In this document: piece after piece, positions 1 to 12,325 of the stretch
Layout: every line of letters starts with the position of its first letter
Position numbering within the stretch: position 1 is the first letter of the stretch
Assembly: GCA_028534125.1 (NCBI GenBank)
Contig: CM052817.1
Location: 15,068,001 to 15,132,000, forward strand
Direction of reading: 5' to 3'
Length of the DNA: 64,000 bases
From: Lama glama
Lineage: Eukaryota
Notes under the pieces: model-generated
The model's database searches: none
What the model was told of the DNA's origin: nothing
The model's input: the letters and a program-made list of their open reading frames with translations, nothing else
Made by a program: the position numbers and the translations under genes

Positions 1-91
1 CAGCAGTTCTGAGTAGGGCTCGAGATTCTGCATTTCCAACACATTCCCAGGTGCTGCTGCTGCTGCTGGTTTGAAGACCACACTTTGAGAA
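1..91. mobile_element. MER5A-like hAT-Charlie DNA transposon fragment
   Basis: GAGATTCTGCATTTCCAAC...CCCAGGTGCTGCTG...GACCACACTTTGAGAA resembles the MER5A terminal portion. Confidence 0.8.
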
Positions 92-1942
92 CAAGGACAG
101 AGTCTATAACAAAAAGCAATTTTGAAATGATAAAGGTCAAAAGACTGTGTCATAATTGTCCCAAGGAGCCAAATAGTAACTGATTCCAAGGGTTTCAGGC
201 TTAGCTTTGGCAAAAGGATAACATTTGAGCTGGATCTTGAATAATGGGTAAAAGTAAGTGGAGGAGGGCATTGCTTAGCAAGTTCTTAACTGGTTAGTTA
301 GTAGATAGAAAAGATGTAGAACATATCTGAAACTATGATGGGATATCTAGATGGCTTTTGACTCTCTCAGAAGAGATTCACTGGGGATCTATATGTTTTA
401 TTGGTGTCCACACCTGCATCTGACATTCCATCTCTTCCAATCATTCTTCTTCAGAAATTGAAGCATCTACCTGCATCTGGGCAGGGGGTGACTGAAAAAT
501 ATGATGCGGTCTGTACAGTACCAAGCCTTAATTACCCAGCACCCCCCATTTTTTAGTTTATTTTAAAAGATGCCATTTTAAGATTTGTATCACTACAATT
601 ATGTTTCTAATGGGATTTTAATTGATTTTGAATCCAATTAAAGAAAATCTATTTTTAAAGCACATCTCAGCTGCTGCCACTCAGAAGTCACTCCAGGCTG
701 GCACAGTATAAGTCATCGGACCATAATTTGAATGTATTCAGTGTGATCAGCCAGGGGGATTTGTGAATGACCTATATTTAATATTCTTTTAAAAACTGTC
801 TTGATGTGTTTTGTACTTCTCAAGACTCTGTCTATGCTCTAGTGATATAAATAACTATGTTTACTAGAGAGAGTTCTATGGTCTTTTGGGTAAAAGTTAT
901 TGGTTCAGCTTTAGGGAAAGGGACATTTTTTAGGATGCAGTGCCCCTCTGTCCATATATTGTCCGTAAATTATGATCTTTTACCCCCAAAGTCACCTCCG
1001 TTCTGAGCTCCTACAGAGAACTGTTTCAGATCATTAAGTATTTTCCCCCAGACTTGGTTCAGTTACACTGTTCACAAACCTAAACGTTTTAATGGTTCCT
1101 CTTCATCTTTTGAACAAACTCTACAATCATGGCTCTTTACACGTACAGTCTAAACCCAAACTTAAGTCAAACTCTAGTTGACTTGCTGTCCCTTCCTCCT
1201 ACTCCACTACTGTATACTCACTCATGTGGTTGCTTTTATTCTTTCTGCCTAGAATAAGACCAGTCAGAACAAACTTGAAGCCATGTTGTAGTTGAAACAA
1301 GGAAGGGAATGGATTGGTGGAATGGAAAGAGGAGATAGCCTCCCACGGTCCTCTCATTGACTCTCTACACTGGTAGAAAAGAGATGGAAAGTTCCAGAAT
1401 TTCTGGCAGCAAATCTAATACCATTTCTTCCTGAAACTATCAGTTAAAGTCTCAAACCTCAAATGCCAGTAGTCCGTAGCCAGGGGAAATTTCTACCCTT
1501 TGCATTTGTAAGTACTGGCATCAAGTGCTGTTTAAGAAGCATAATAAAAGTGGTGTTAAAAAAAACGGTGTTTAAAAAGTCAACACACAGCAGTCTCCCC
1601 ACTTTGAAGGGAGCCTTAACTGGAATGAGAAAGCTCTTTATAATGAATCCTTGTCTCAGCTGATCCTGGGAGGCTAGCCATCCACAGAAACCCACACAAT
1701 TCCAAGCTCCCTAACCACTGCAAAGCCCCAAACAATCACACAACTATAATAGCTTTGCTTGTTCTCAGGGTCCACCCTGCCACCAATGGGGGTCAGTGTT
1801 TCCAGGAGCCTGGCTGGACTGAGAGAACATGATTTTTACCCTTTTTTTCCAAAGATGGGTTTTATATATGAAAAGGCAAGCCTGTCTGTCAGAGGTTATC
1901 GAAGCTGTAGCTTGTAGACAAAGCAAGCTATCTGATCACAAC

Positions 1943-2259
1943 CGGTTATTCCTCAGTATCCCCTGGGGTATTGTTTCCAGCTCCCCTGCAGACACCAACA
2001 TCCTTGGATGTTCAAGTGCCTTATATAAAATAGCTTAGTATTTGCATATAACCTAGCACACCCCCCTGTATACTTTAAATCATCTCTAAATTACTCAGGA
2101 TACTTCATTCAACGTAAATGCTATGTGAATAGTTGGCAGACCAAGGCAAATTCAAGTTTTCCTTTTTGGAACTTCCTGGAATTTTTCTTTCTTGAATATT
2201 TTCCATCCACGCTTGTTGAATCCATGATTGTGGAAGCTGCTGATATGGAGGGTCAACCG
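1943..2259. mobile_element. MER2-like TcMar-Tigger MITE
   Basis: TIR-like ends (CGGTTATTCCTCAGTATCC ... GATATGGAGGGTCAACCG) and internal GTATTTGCATATAACCTA...CTTTAAATCATCTCTA typical of MER2. Confidence 0.85.
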
Positions 2260-5200
2260 TGGAGCCTGAGAGAAGTTTCTGTCACCCAGGAAGGAAAGCG
2301 AAGACCTCTGGACACTAGGATTGTTGGAACTGGAGAAAGCAAGAGAGGGAGGGAGAGAGGATGGAAGAGAAGGATAGGGAGGGGGAGAATGAGAAGGCAA
2401 AAGGGGGAGAAAAAGGGACGGGAAAGAAGAGAGAAAGAGACCTGTAAGCATGAGTTGAGGGTGTGTTTGTTGGTTGCAGTTCCATGAAAATGCTTGAGGG
2501 GTAGGACTCAAGGCAGCCTCACAGAGTTCCACAAATTTCCGTCGAGTCTGGAGGTGGCAGTTTAGAGTTCCCAGGCTACTTTGGGTTGTAGGGAATTGTT
2601 GAGAAGATAGATTGAGTGGGAGGAACTTGTGTCAGGGATGAGAATGGGCACCATGTGAGGGCAGGCAGCGAAAGGGACCATGGACCACAATGGTGATGTT
2701 AGGGCCATACCAAAAGGATTCAGGTGACTCCAGCTACACCTCAGTGGGTTCTGGCACAGGACATCCCATGACCTGGTGGAACAGTTAGACCGCGTGAGGG
2801 CCTGCAGTTGAAAACAGACACGACAACTGCTCCTTCTGGGAGTACCAAGAGGGCAGGTCCCTCTAGGATTTTAGATCAAGTCTAAGCAGAGAAAGAAAAA
2901 AATGGGCAGAGATCTTGAAAGCAGAAGAAAACAACAAACAACAAAATAAACCACCCTGGAAATTTGTTCAAACCAAAAGAAAGAGTCAAACTGGAAGAAG
3001 TCGTCTCAATAAAAAATGATGAAACTGCCTTGAAATGATATGATTGAGCCCGTTGGTTCCCAAAAGTTAGGAATTAGGGCTCATGATCAAGTAAGGTTAT
3101 AGATAAAGAATTACATGAGTCAAAGAGTGTAATCTTTAACCCACCATGTCCTATTTCAAATGTCCCTTTCTCCCTGAAATCTTGTCTATTCTTTCAGTTG
3201 AACGTTTTCTCCTACTCATAAAGAAGTTACCAATATAACCTACTTTTAATTATCTTGGTTCATAGAAATTGTTAAACATAGATGCTCAGAATCAAAAAGG
3301 GCCATAATTTAGAACCATTCTCCTTCCCACAAGATAATACAGTTCTTGAGGACAAAAAAATCCTACTTTTGTTCTTGTGTGTCTGAAGGTACAAGTGCAG
3401 ATCTTTGCTCCCCCAGGGTATAATCAGTATGTGATTACCTTGTGATGCAAAGGCATGCGGTTTCTCACCTGTAAATGGAGACAATGTCATCTTGTAAATG
3501 GACAACATTGACCCTTCCTCCAACCTCTCTTAATTCCTCTGGAAGAAATTGAATGTTCTTGGTGACAGTCAGGACCAGAGAGAACAACAAGCCAAATATT
3601 TAAACTTTATATCCTTGTTGGTTGTTTTTGTTGTTGAAACTCACCTGGGCTGTACTGAGCCTAGTCGACTGGAGATTGAATGAATGGCCTTTTAAAGCCG
3701 ACTTTGACCTTTCAGGCTTAACTGAGACAGTGATTAGATTACTAGGGAATGGCTATTTTTATTTCTCATTAAAAGTCGTTACAAATGAGCAGATCTGCAG
3801 CACGCTGACTTTTCACCTGTCTGTTTGTCGCAATAGCTTGATTGTTGTTCCTTTTACTGTGTTCTCCCCTAGAACTTCAGAACAGGACTCGAAAATGCAA
3901 AGGGCAGCTAAGTTCCACTGGAACGCAAAAAACTGTATTTTAGATTTGTGTCTTTAAGTTGCTTCTTCTGGGCAGTAAATTAGATGCTCCAATTCTGTTT
4001 CTTCTCTCTCTGTCTTGTTTGCTCTCTCATTCCTTTTTTTTCTGTGAACTACTTGTAGTACGAAAGAGTCAATGATAGGGTTCTGGAAGGACCAACATCT
4101 TGGTTCCATGTGGATTGTTTACAGAGTCCCATCACATTGCTCCACTTTGGTTCTAGACTTGTCCATTTTGGAAGTTCTGACAATGGCTTTTACTCCAGGT
4201 GTCTGGACACTGGCTTTAGTCATGGAAAAGTAGTGTATTTTACTGATAAACAGATGAAGATTAACAGTGCTTTTGATCCACTGGAAAAGCTTCCACAAGC
4301 AAAGAGGAGAAAAAGTTGCATAGGTTCATTACAAACACAAAGGCCACAAATTTATCAGAGATGGCTTTTCTCTGGAATGCCTTCTCTCAGGAATTATGTG
4401 AACGTGGAAAGAGTACAAAGACAAAACTGAAGATATTTTAGGTGAACTTGGAACCAGAACTCAGAAAAGGGTGTAGCTTTGGGTATAGAAGAGAAAAAAA
4501 CTGATGTAGAACCAAAAAATGAAAAAAAAAAAATCAGAGGGAGCAGCTGAGAAGAGCTCTGTGATCACAGGGTACGACAGAAAAGGGATGCCTCAGGGTC
4601 TGACTGCTCTTAAAAGACTTATTAGAATAAGAATGCAGAAGAGTTTGAGAATTCTAAATTCTAATTTGACTTCCAGGCTGTATTTTTGTCTAATTAGGAG
4701 GATATAACATATTGGATCTCATAGTTTGTTAACTTGACTTACAACTTTTCAATGTTTCTACAGTAGTCTGTGGTCCTCCATTTGCATGTGTTCTTGCTCC
4801 AGGTCCTGAAGTCATTCGTAGTGGACCTGCTGAAAAGCATAAAACAGAAGGAATCATCTTACCATCTTATACTAACTCTCCTTCTTCACTTGGATGTCTT
4901 TCCTTATTTGAATATTTCCTTCTCTACTTGGATTGTACCTGCTGCTAGGTTAGGACAAAGTAACTTTGCTTTTAGTACTGGGGATGCCTCGTTCTCTAAT
5001 TTGTGTGGACATGGGAGTGTTGGGATAATCTTGTGGGACATACTGACTTTTCACACTTTTGAGAGAAAAAGGTACAAAGGAAACTGGGTTGAATTAATTG
5101 TTTGTATTGAACTAATTCAGGAAGGATTCATCTCCATTCTAGGGAGTGCTGTACAACCCCTGGGGAACACATCATAGAGAGATGTTCTGATTGAGATGCA

Positions 5201-5400
5201 GCAGAATGAGATAAATCTGGGACCTTAATTTCAGGATTTTTGGACTGCAGAATCATTGGACACTGACTTGGAAAGCAAGAGCACTTAATATTTAAACCTT
5301 AATTTCTCTCTAGGAATGGAAAGATTTATTCAAATCTGGCGCTCTTTTTGGTAGGTTGTCTTAGCTGTCTTAGCAGCTTTATGCATTTATGTGATGACTT

Positions 5401-5885
5401 TGTTCTATGGATTGAATTGTCAACCCCTACTATATATGTTGACATTCCTACTCTCCGTACTCAGAATGTGAACTTTTTTGTAAGTAGAGTTGCCACAGAT
5501 GTGACTAGATAAGCGATCATACTGCTGTAGGATAGGCACTTAATCTAATGTGACTGGGGTCCTTCTAACAAAAGACAGCCTAAAGAAGAGAGATCACCAT
5601 GTGAAGACACAAACACACAAGTGGAGAAGACAGCCATGTAATGAAGGAGAGAGAGATTGGAGTGGAGCATCTGTTAGCCAAGGAACTTAAAGGATTGCCA
5701 GCAAGCAGCAGAAGCTAGAGGAATCAAAGAAGGATTCCCTGGTAGAGGTTTCAGAGGGAGCATGGCTCTGCCAACACCTTGATTTCAGACTCCTACCCTT
5801 GAGAACTTTGAGAAAATGAGTTTCTTTTGTGTTAAGTCACATGGATTGTGGTACTTTGTTATGGCAGCCTTAGGAAATTAATGCA
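5401..5885 (+). mobile_element. MaLR solo LTR (MLT1B/C-like)
   Basis: TG start; ATGGATTGAATTGT; CCAACACCTTGATTTCAGAC; ends GTGGTACTTTGTTATGGCAGCCTTAGGAAATTAATGCA. Confidence 0.88.
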
Positions 5886-6902
5886 CTTTGTATAACTCTG
5901 GTCAGCCATGTAGGATAACTTACTGGGCAAAATTTTAGATGATAAGTAGATTAAGGAATGAATTTTCAATTGTAGGTATGAGTTGGGTTTCGTGTTTAAC
6001 TAATCAATTAAAAAATAATTTCAGAGCCTTCTCTAAGGAAAAGCTCAGCTGTCCTCTAGCTCTTCCAGAGAGGCAGTGGTATAGGCAACCACCTCATGAA
6101 GGAGGGAGGAGACTGTCCCAGAGAAGATGCTAATCTCCCACTCCTCCCTCATGGGAATCCAGAAAGGTAGCTACATCTGACTGACATTGTTGAAATATAT
6201 TAGAAAGGGCCATAATTCTCACTCCTTCAATTTCTGTAACTAGTACAGTAAGGAGCGCTGGTGGAGTGGGGCTCCCCACACACACTTACTGGAGGGTAAA
6301 TTTAGAAGGTGTGCTTCTAATCTTTCTCCACCACTTACTCACTCTTTTCTTTTGGAGAAGTGTGACTTTTCTGACTGCTGAGATTGGGAAGAGGGTGAAC
6401 ATGCAGAGATCAATCTATTTCTGGTTTCTCCCTTTGGGTCTGTCTGCCTTCAGCATGGCTGTTTTCTGATTGGTCTTCCACATGGCTAGCACATGTGAAT
6501 CAGAGTCTTAGCCTGGTTTCTAAAGGGTGGACTGGAGTTCTAAGTCTTCTGCTGAAAAGAAAAAAGGCACATGGTCCAAGGGTTCTGAACAATAGTGTCT
6601 GATCTGAGCAACAGTGTCTGATCCGCATGTCTCCATGTTCCCACAGGTGAGTCTTCCCAAGGCCCAGACTGGGGAGGAGCATTGGGAAGCCCTTATGTGG
6701 ATGCACGTTTAAACTGGCTTCTGTCTTCCACTTTTACCTATAATAAAGGGGATACCTGTTCTCCATCTGTCTATTTCTTCTTTTCATTTCTTGGGAGATA
6801 GATGTGGGAAATAGGTGTGATTATTTATGATTCCAAACTCAAACATTTATTAAAGGGGTCATGCAGTATAAATTGTGATAAAAATGCAAGGGAAACATTT
6901 AT

Positions 6903-7070
6903 GTAGTGGAAAAGAGCATCGACCTTGGAGTCAGCCCTGAATTCAAATCCTGCCTTTTTGACTAGTTAGTTATCTGCCAAATTAGTCACCCTATCTGAGC
7001 CTCATTTGTAAAATATTGCTAACAAAACCTCTCTCACAGGATTGTAAAGATTAAATGATGTAAAATATAT
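6903..7070 (+). mobile_element. MIR SINE
   Basis: GTAGTGGAAAAGAGCA...TTGGAGTCAG...TTCAAATCCTGCC...CTGAGCCTCA...TGTAAAAT MIR core. Confidence 0.8.
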
Positions 7071-7794
7071 AACTCACTTCATTATCTCTCAATATCACCA
7101 AGGGTGGCATATAGCAGAACTCTCCTGTGAATTATTTTCCTCATTTCTCTTCTCTTGAACAAGTAACATTTATTTATCTTCCCTGCTCTCCTCCCCCGCA
7201 CATACACATCCTCTACATTTATAACCCCATTTCACTTGATCATAATCACTTGACCTACTGTCAAGGGAGGACATGTTTGTTAAGAGTGCAAACAGTCCAG
7301 GGCAACATCTATCACATAAAATGTATCAATGAAAATTAGGCTGTTTTTCTTTTTTTCCTACCAATACAGCCCCAGTGAAATGCTGAGCTTTTCCTTATGA
7401 CACACCTGGATTTTAGAGTGTGATTAAAAATGGTTTGAGAAAAATCAGCCCTATTTGCAAAATTATGGGACTGTATCATAAGACTGGTAAGAAACCTTTT
7501 TTATTACAAAAGCATGTAGTTATATAAAATGCCACAATGTTATTACCCTTGGAACTATTTTGTTTGCTATGTGCTTGCTCCATATAATTTCCCTAATAAT
7601 TAGCCAAAGCTTGTGCTTGTAGTGCTTTTATATTTTTCTTTCATTCTATAGACAGATAGAGGAAAATAGAATTCTCTTCCTTTATCAGCAAAACCACAAA
7701 AAATATGACCTCAGTGGGTTATTAAAAAAACCACACAAAAGCACAGAAAAGCCTGTTTAAATATGCCTTTGCCATGGGTTCAGTCTATGTTGAT

Positions 7795-7910
7795 TAATTA
7801 TTTCATTCAGTGTACATTTACGGAGCTCCAGTCTGCCAAGTCCCAGAGGTACTGAGGCCATCGAGATGAATGAGATTTGCTCCCTGCCCTTCAGAGTCTC
7901 ATGATCAAAA
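7795..7910 (-). mobile_element. L2 3' end
   Basis: TTCATTCAG...CATTTACGGAGCTCC...TGCCAAG...CCCTGCCCTTCAGAG. Confidence 0.65.
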
Positions 7911-7960
7911 AAGGCAAAATAAAGTGTAGGGTGGTGGCCACAGAAAATACATTACCTTGA

Positions 7961-8360
7961 TATCAATTAGTGCTCAGTCAGAGGAAACAGAAGCAGTAGG
8001 GGATACATATTAAAGAGATTTATTGCAAGCAACTGGCTCATGCAATTGTGAGGACTGCCTGGGCAAGTCCAATAGGACAGACTATCAGGAAGGGCCTGCT
8101 GGGATCCATGGACACAAGTGGAAGCTGAGGATGCAGACAGAACTTGCACTTCATCAGGAAGCCCCTTTCGATGGGTTAAACCAGTGCCACCCAGATTATC
8201 TAAAACAAAGTCTCTTAGTTAAAGTCAACTGATTACAGACTTTCATCCCAACTTTTATAAAATTTTATAAAATACTTGCAAAGCAACACTTAGATTAGTG
8301 CTTGATTGAATAACTGGGGCCAGAGCCAACCAAGTGGACATGTAAAGCTGATTATCACCA
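7961..8360 (-). mobile_element. ERVL MLT2-type solo LTR
   Basis: CAGAGGAAACAGAAGCAGTAGG...GAGATTTATTGCAAG...TGGCTCATGCAATTGTG...CCAAGTGGACATGTAAAGCTGATTATCACCA. Confidence 0.82.
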
Positions 8361-8721
8361 TCATCACTGCAAAGTCCTTCTGAGTCAGAAATCTAATGCA
8401 CAGCTCTTCCAAAATCACAGACAATGTCTGGTGAGCAAATGTTGCAAGAATCTGTTACCAAAAGTGCTAACAATCTTACCTTGAAATAATAATCACTAGT
8501 TTTACCATGTCTTCAGAAATTCAGGACTCTTGCTGCTATGTCTTTAGGGAGGCATTAGGTAGAGAAATGAGTTTTATATTACTCCCTATAATCCATGTGT
8601 GTGTAGAGTGGGAGAAAAATGTAAGCAAAGAGTACTAAAAAAAGAAATACAAATGGCCACTTCTAATAAAACATACGTCTTTGTTATTAGAGTCCATGAA
8701 TGTTACTGGATCTGCCTTTCC

Positions 8722-9140
8722 TTAAGTAGGTTCTACAGAACACTAGTTTTTTAAGATGAAATGCCTGTTGGCAATATTTTTATCTGTCTATCTACCTGCA
8801 TTTATATACAAGACATGCATTTTATAATATATGTAAAATACATGTATATATATTTACATGCAAATAAATAGTTTATAAATTTATGCATTATTTATGTGTG
8901 CATATGTGTTTGTATATATAAAATTTTATGCAATCAAATAGGCAGGAGAAATGTTGGAACACATTTCAAAATTCTTCTTTGCTGCTGGATTTTTCAGAGT
9001 CCTTAATATGTTGACATCATTGTCATCTTCAAGAGGGAGATGTGGAATTTACCTTTAGTCAAACTCATTTGACCATGGGACACTTTTATTTATTGGCTAA
9101 TGTTTTGGGCTATTATTCATTGCAACATACCTATAAAAGC
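8722..9140. mobile_element. Old hAT-Charlie-type DNA transposon remnant with internal AT-rich expansion
   Basis: GGATTTTTCAGAGTCCTTAATATGTTG...CAAGAGGGAGA...AAACTCATTTGACCATGG motif; subfamily uncertain. Confidence 0.55.
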
Positions 9141-9904
9141 TGTGTAATACAGAATTGTTTATGGGGGTATGGGATGTGTTAGCAATTAAACTGCTATTCA
9201 AATTCAATGGAACATTCTGTCATAACATGCCAGGGATGGAAGAGAATTTAAAGATTGTCAAGTCCAACCACTCATCCAATGGATAATACTTTTATTTTCC
9301 TTTAATTACACAGCTGGTCAATACCTCATATATAAAAGAAACTGTAGGGTCTGACAACATGATCCATCACATTGTCTCCATCATTGTTTTGGTAATGCTA
9401 TTTGTCACTGTCAAAAGTCTCCAACAACAATGCTTCTAAAAAGAAAACCAAGAGACTATGAGTAAAAGCAATGCCAGGCAGTGTGGTCCACTGGTCCACC
9501 AAGCATTTATCGAGGATCTATTACACACAGAGCATGTAACAGCTCACCACCCTCTATCTGGAGAGATGGATGTGCTCCAAGCTAATTAACACCGCATCAC
9601 AAGTCATGTCCAGTTATAAACAAACTGGTACAAAACCACAAATGGGTGAGGCTGTTTCTTCCAGCTGTAGAAGGATGTGTGTTGGGGGAGATAAGGGACT
9701 TTATAGGGGTCATGACTTTTGAAACTAGCTTTTTTGATAAGTAAGATTTCACCAAATTGAGTAAAACATGAAGGAAATTCCATATGCAGAAGGAAACAAT
9801 CAAGGAAACACCTAGTGGTGTTGGGATATAGGGTGGTTTGGGGAACTGAATGTTAAATGGGATCAGAGCACAGGATGAGACAGTATTGGATGGGAGATGG
9901 GAGG

Positions 9905-10319
9905 TGTGATGTGTTGAATTGTGTCTTCCTCAAAATTTATGTGTAGGAGTCCTAATCCTCCATATCTCGGAAAGTGACCCTACTTGGAGATAAGAGTCTT
10001 TACAGAGGTGATCACATTAAAACAAGTTCATTAGGGTGGGTCCTAAGCCAATATGACTGGTATCCTTCTAAGAAGAGGAGATTTGGACACACAACACACA
10101 AAGAGAGAAGGTGACATAAAGAGACACAGGGAGGAGACAGCTATCTATAAGCCAAAGAAAGGTCTGGAACAGGTCCTTCTCCCGCAGCCCTCAAAAGGGA
10201 CCAGTCCTGTCAACACATTGATTTTGGACTTCTAGCCTCCGTAACTGTGTGCTGGCAAAATCTGTTAAGAACCCCCTAGTCTGTGGTCCTTTGTTAGGGC
10301 AGCCCTAGGAAACTAATAC
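9905..10319 (+). mobile_element. MaLR solo LTR (MLT1B-like)
   Basis: TGTGATGTGTTGAATTGTGTC...TTAGGGTGGGTCCTAA...CCAATATGACTGG...CTGTGGTCCTTTGTTAGGGCAGCCCTAGGAAACTAATAC. Confidence 0.9.
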
Positions 10320-10774
10320 TGGAGGTGAGGCAAGGCATGTAAATTGGGGCTAGACTGTGAGAGCCCTTCAACTGTGTGTTCAGCAGTCTGGGAGCAGGGA
10401 GCCTCTGAGGTTCTCTGAGGTGGATTTGCCTGGTCAGAGGTACCTTAATAAGCTAACTTTGCGGCAGAGTCGAAAAACTTCAGCTGAAGGAAGAGACAGT
10501 GACAGTGGGATGCCAGAGCCCAGGGCTTCTTCAGTGGGCCAGGCGAAGTGTAGAAGGCTTAAATTAGGCCAGGAGCTTTGGGTGGAATTTATAAAACATT
10601 GTATAGGTAAACCTGACCAACCTGAGGCCAGAGCTGACAAAAAAAGAGAAATCCAAACAGCCACCAGATTTGTAGTAGTTTTCCTCTCAAATTGCTCACA
10701 AGTGGGTAATGTGAAAATTAATAAAGAGAAACCTTGTTTTATCTATTTTTGTGGATGAAATTAAAAAATCAAAG

Positions 10775-10893
10775 TTTAGATGATTTATAGATGTACAACA
10801 TAGTGATTCAATATTTTTATAGAATATATTCATTTAAACTTATAAAATATTGGCTATATTCCCTGTGCTGTTCAAGGCATCCTTGTAGCTTGC

Positions 10894-10928
<35 letters not shown>

Positions 10929-11317
10929 TGTATTTATTTATTTATTAGCTTATTTATTTTATACATAGTATTTTGTGTCTCCCCACTTTCCTCTTCTCAC
11001 TGGTAACCCAAAGTTGGTTCTATCTGTGAGTCTTTTTCAATTTTGTTGTATTCAATCCTTTGTTTTATTTTTCAGATTCCACATATAAGTGATAACATAC
11101 ACAATTTGTCTTTCTCTGTCTGACTCACTTCACTAAGCATAAAATCTTCCATCCACGTTGTTGCAGATGGAAAATTTTGTTCTTTCTTATGGCTAAGTAA
11201 TATATATCTTTATCTGTTCATCTGTTGATGGACACTTAGTCTGCTTCCATATAATGGCTATTATAAATAATACTGCTATGAAAGTTGGGATACATGTATA
11301 TTTTCAATTAGTATTTT
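10775..11317 (-). mobile_element. L1 3' end (L1 part of chimeric unit, copy 1)
   Basis: TGTACAACATAGTGATTC...TTCCCTGTGCTG...AGATTCCACATATAAGTGATA...TCATCTGTTGATGGACACTTAG. Confidence 0.9.
10894..10946. repeat. (TTTA)n microsatellite inside L1
   Basis: Directly visible tandem TTTA with one TGTA variant. Confidence 0.95.
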
Positions 11318-11771
11318 TGTTGAACAGAAACCTTACTTAAAATGGAGTCAAATGGAGTCAGGAGGGCAGCAAGGGGGATTCTCTCACACTCTACCACTCC
11401 ACCTCAATTGCAGACCCAACAGGAAGAGATACATCTTATATCTCCAACAGAAAGAAGGTTACTACTTCACTACTCAGCAGCAGGAAGGAAGAAGTTTCCT
11501 TCCCTGGCAACAGCCCAGCCAATGAGAGACTGACACAAATCAGTCATTGAAAAGCCACAACACTTCAAACTCTCAACTTTCTTCAATGGACTCTATTTGT
11601 AACAGCCCCTCCCAACTCCCCTTTCTCTGTAAAGAATGTTCTTCTCACTTATTCTCCAGACTTGCCTGTGGTTTGCCATAGCTTGCATGTCTTGAATTGC
11701 AATTCTTTTTGTTGCTAAATAAACCCATTTTACTGGTTAACATAACTGGCTGTTTTATTGTTTAAGGTCAA
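11318..11771 (+). mobile_element. ERV1-like LTR, near full length (LTR part of chimeric unit, copy 1)
   Basis: Starts TGTTGAAC, AAAATGGAGTC motif, CCAAT at 11519, AATAAA at 11718, ends TTTAAGGTCAA as in MER4-group LTRs. Confidence 0.8.
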
Positions 11772-11839
11772 TTGTAAGAATCCTGAGTTTAAAGGTAATG
11801 GATTGGTTTTGAATATAACCCTCTCATTGCCCGTAGGCA

Positions 11840-12325
11840 CTCTTACACTCACTTCTCTCTTCTGCATACTCCTTCCAGTGGCTTACTTTGTAATCTATAA
11901 ACATGCCAAGTGCTTTCCCAGCCAGAGCCTTTGCATTTCCAGATCTCACTCCCTGGAAGACTGTTCCCTCAACCCCTTCATCACCTGAATGGCTCATTCC
12001 CATCCTTCTGGTATAAGAGCCTATACCACCTCCAGAGAGGGGTTGCCCCCTTTCCTGAACACTATGCCCCTGGGTCCTTTGAGTCCCCACTCTGTTTATT
12101 TTTTCCTCAAAACACTTCTAATACTCTATAATTGTGTTGTTTATTTATTTGTTTATTTATTTATGCTTATCATCAGCCTCTCCCACTTCAAATCCTGTCC
12201 CCTAACTGTAATGCAAACTTTGAGTATAGAGATCCTGTCTATTTTGTTCTATTGCTTCTCCTTGGAGTCTAGAACAATCTCTAGCACCTAATAGGTGCTC
12301 ATTAAATAGTGGTTGAATAAACGAA
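11840..12325 (+). mobile_element. L2 3' region
   Basis: ACATGCCAAG...GCCTTTGCA...TCTAGAACAATCTCTAGCACCTAATAGGTGCTCATTAAATAG...TTGAATAAACGAATGA. Confidence 0.85.

Noticed and set aside
2125..2532. ORFs of 120 and 126 aa
   Set aside because: Produced by the MER2 end plus a low-complexity purine-rich tract.
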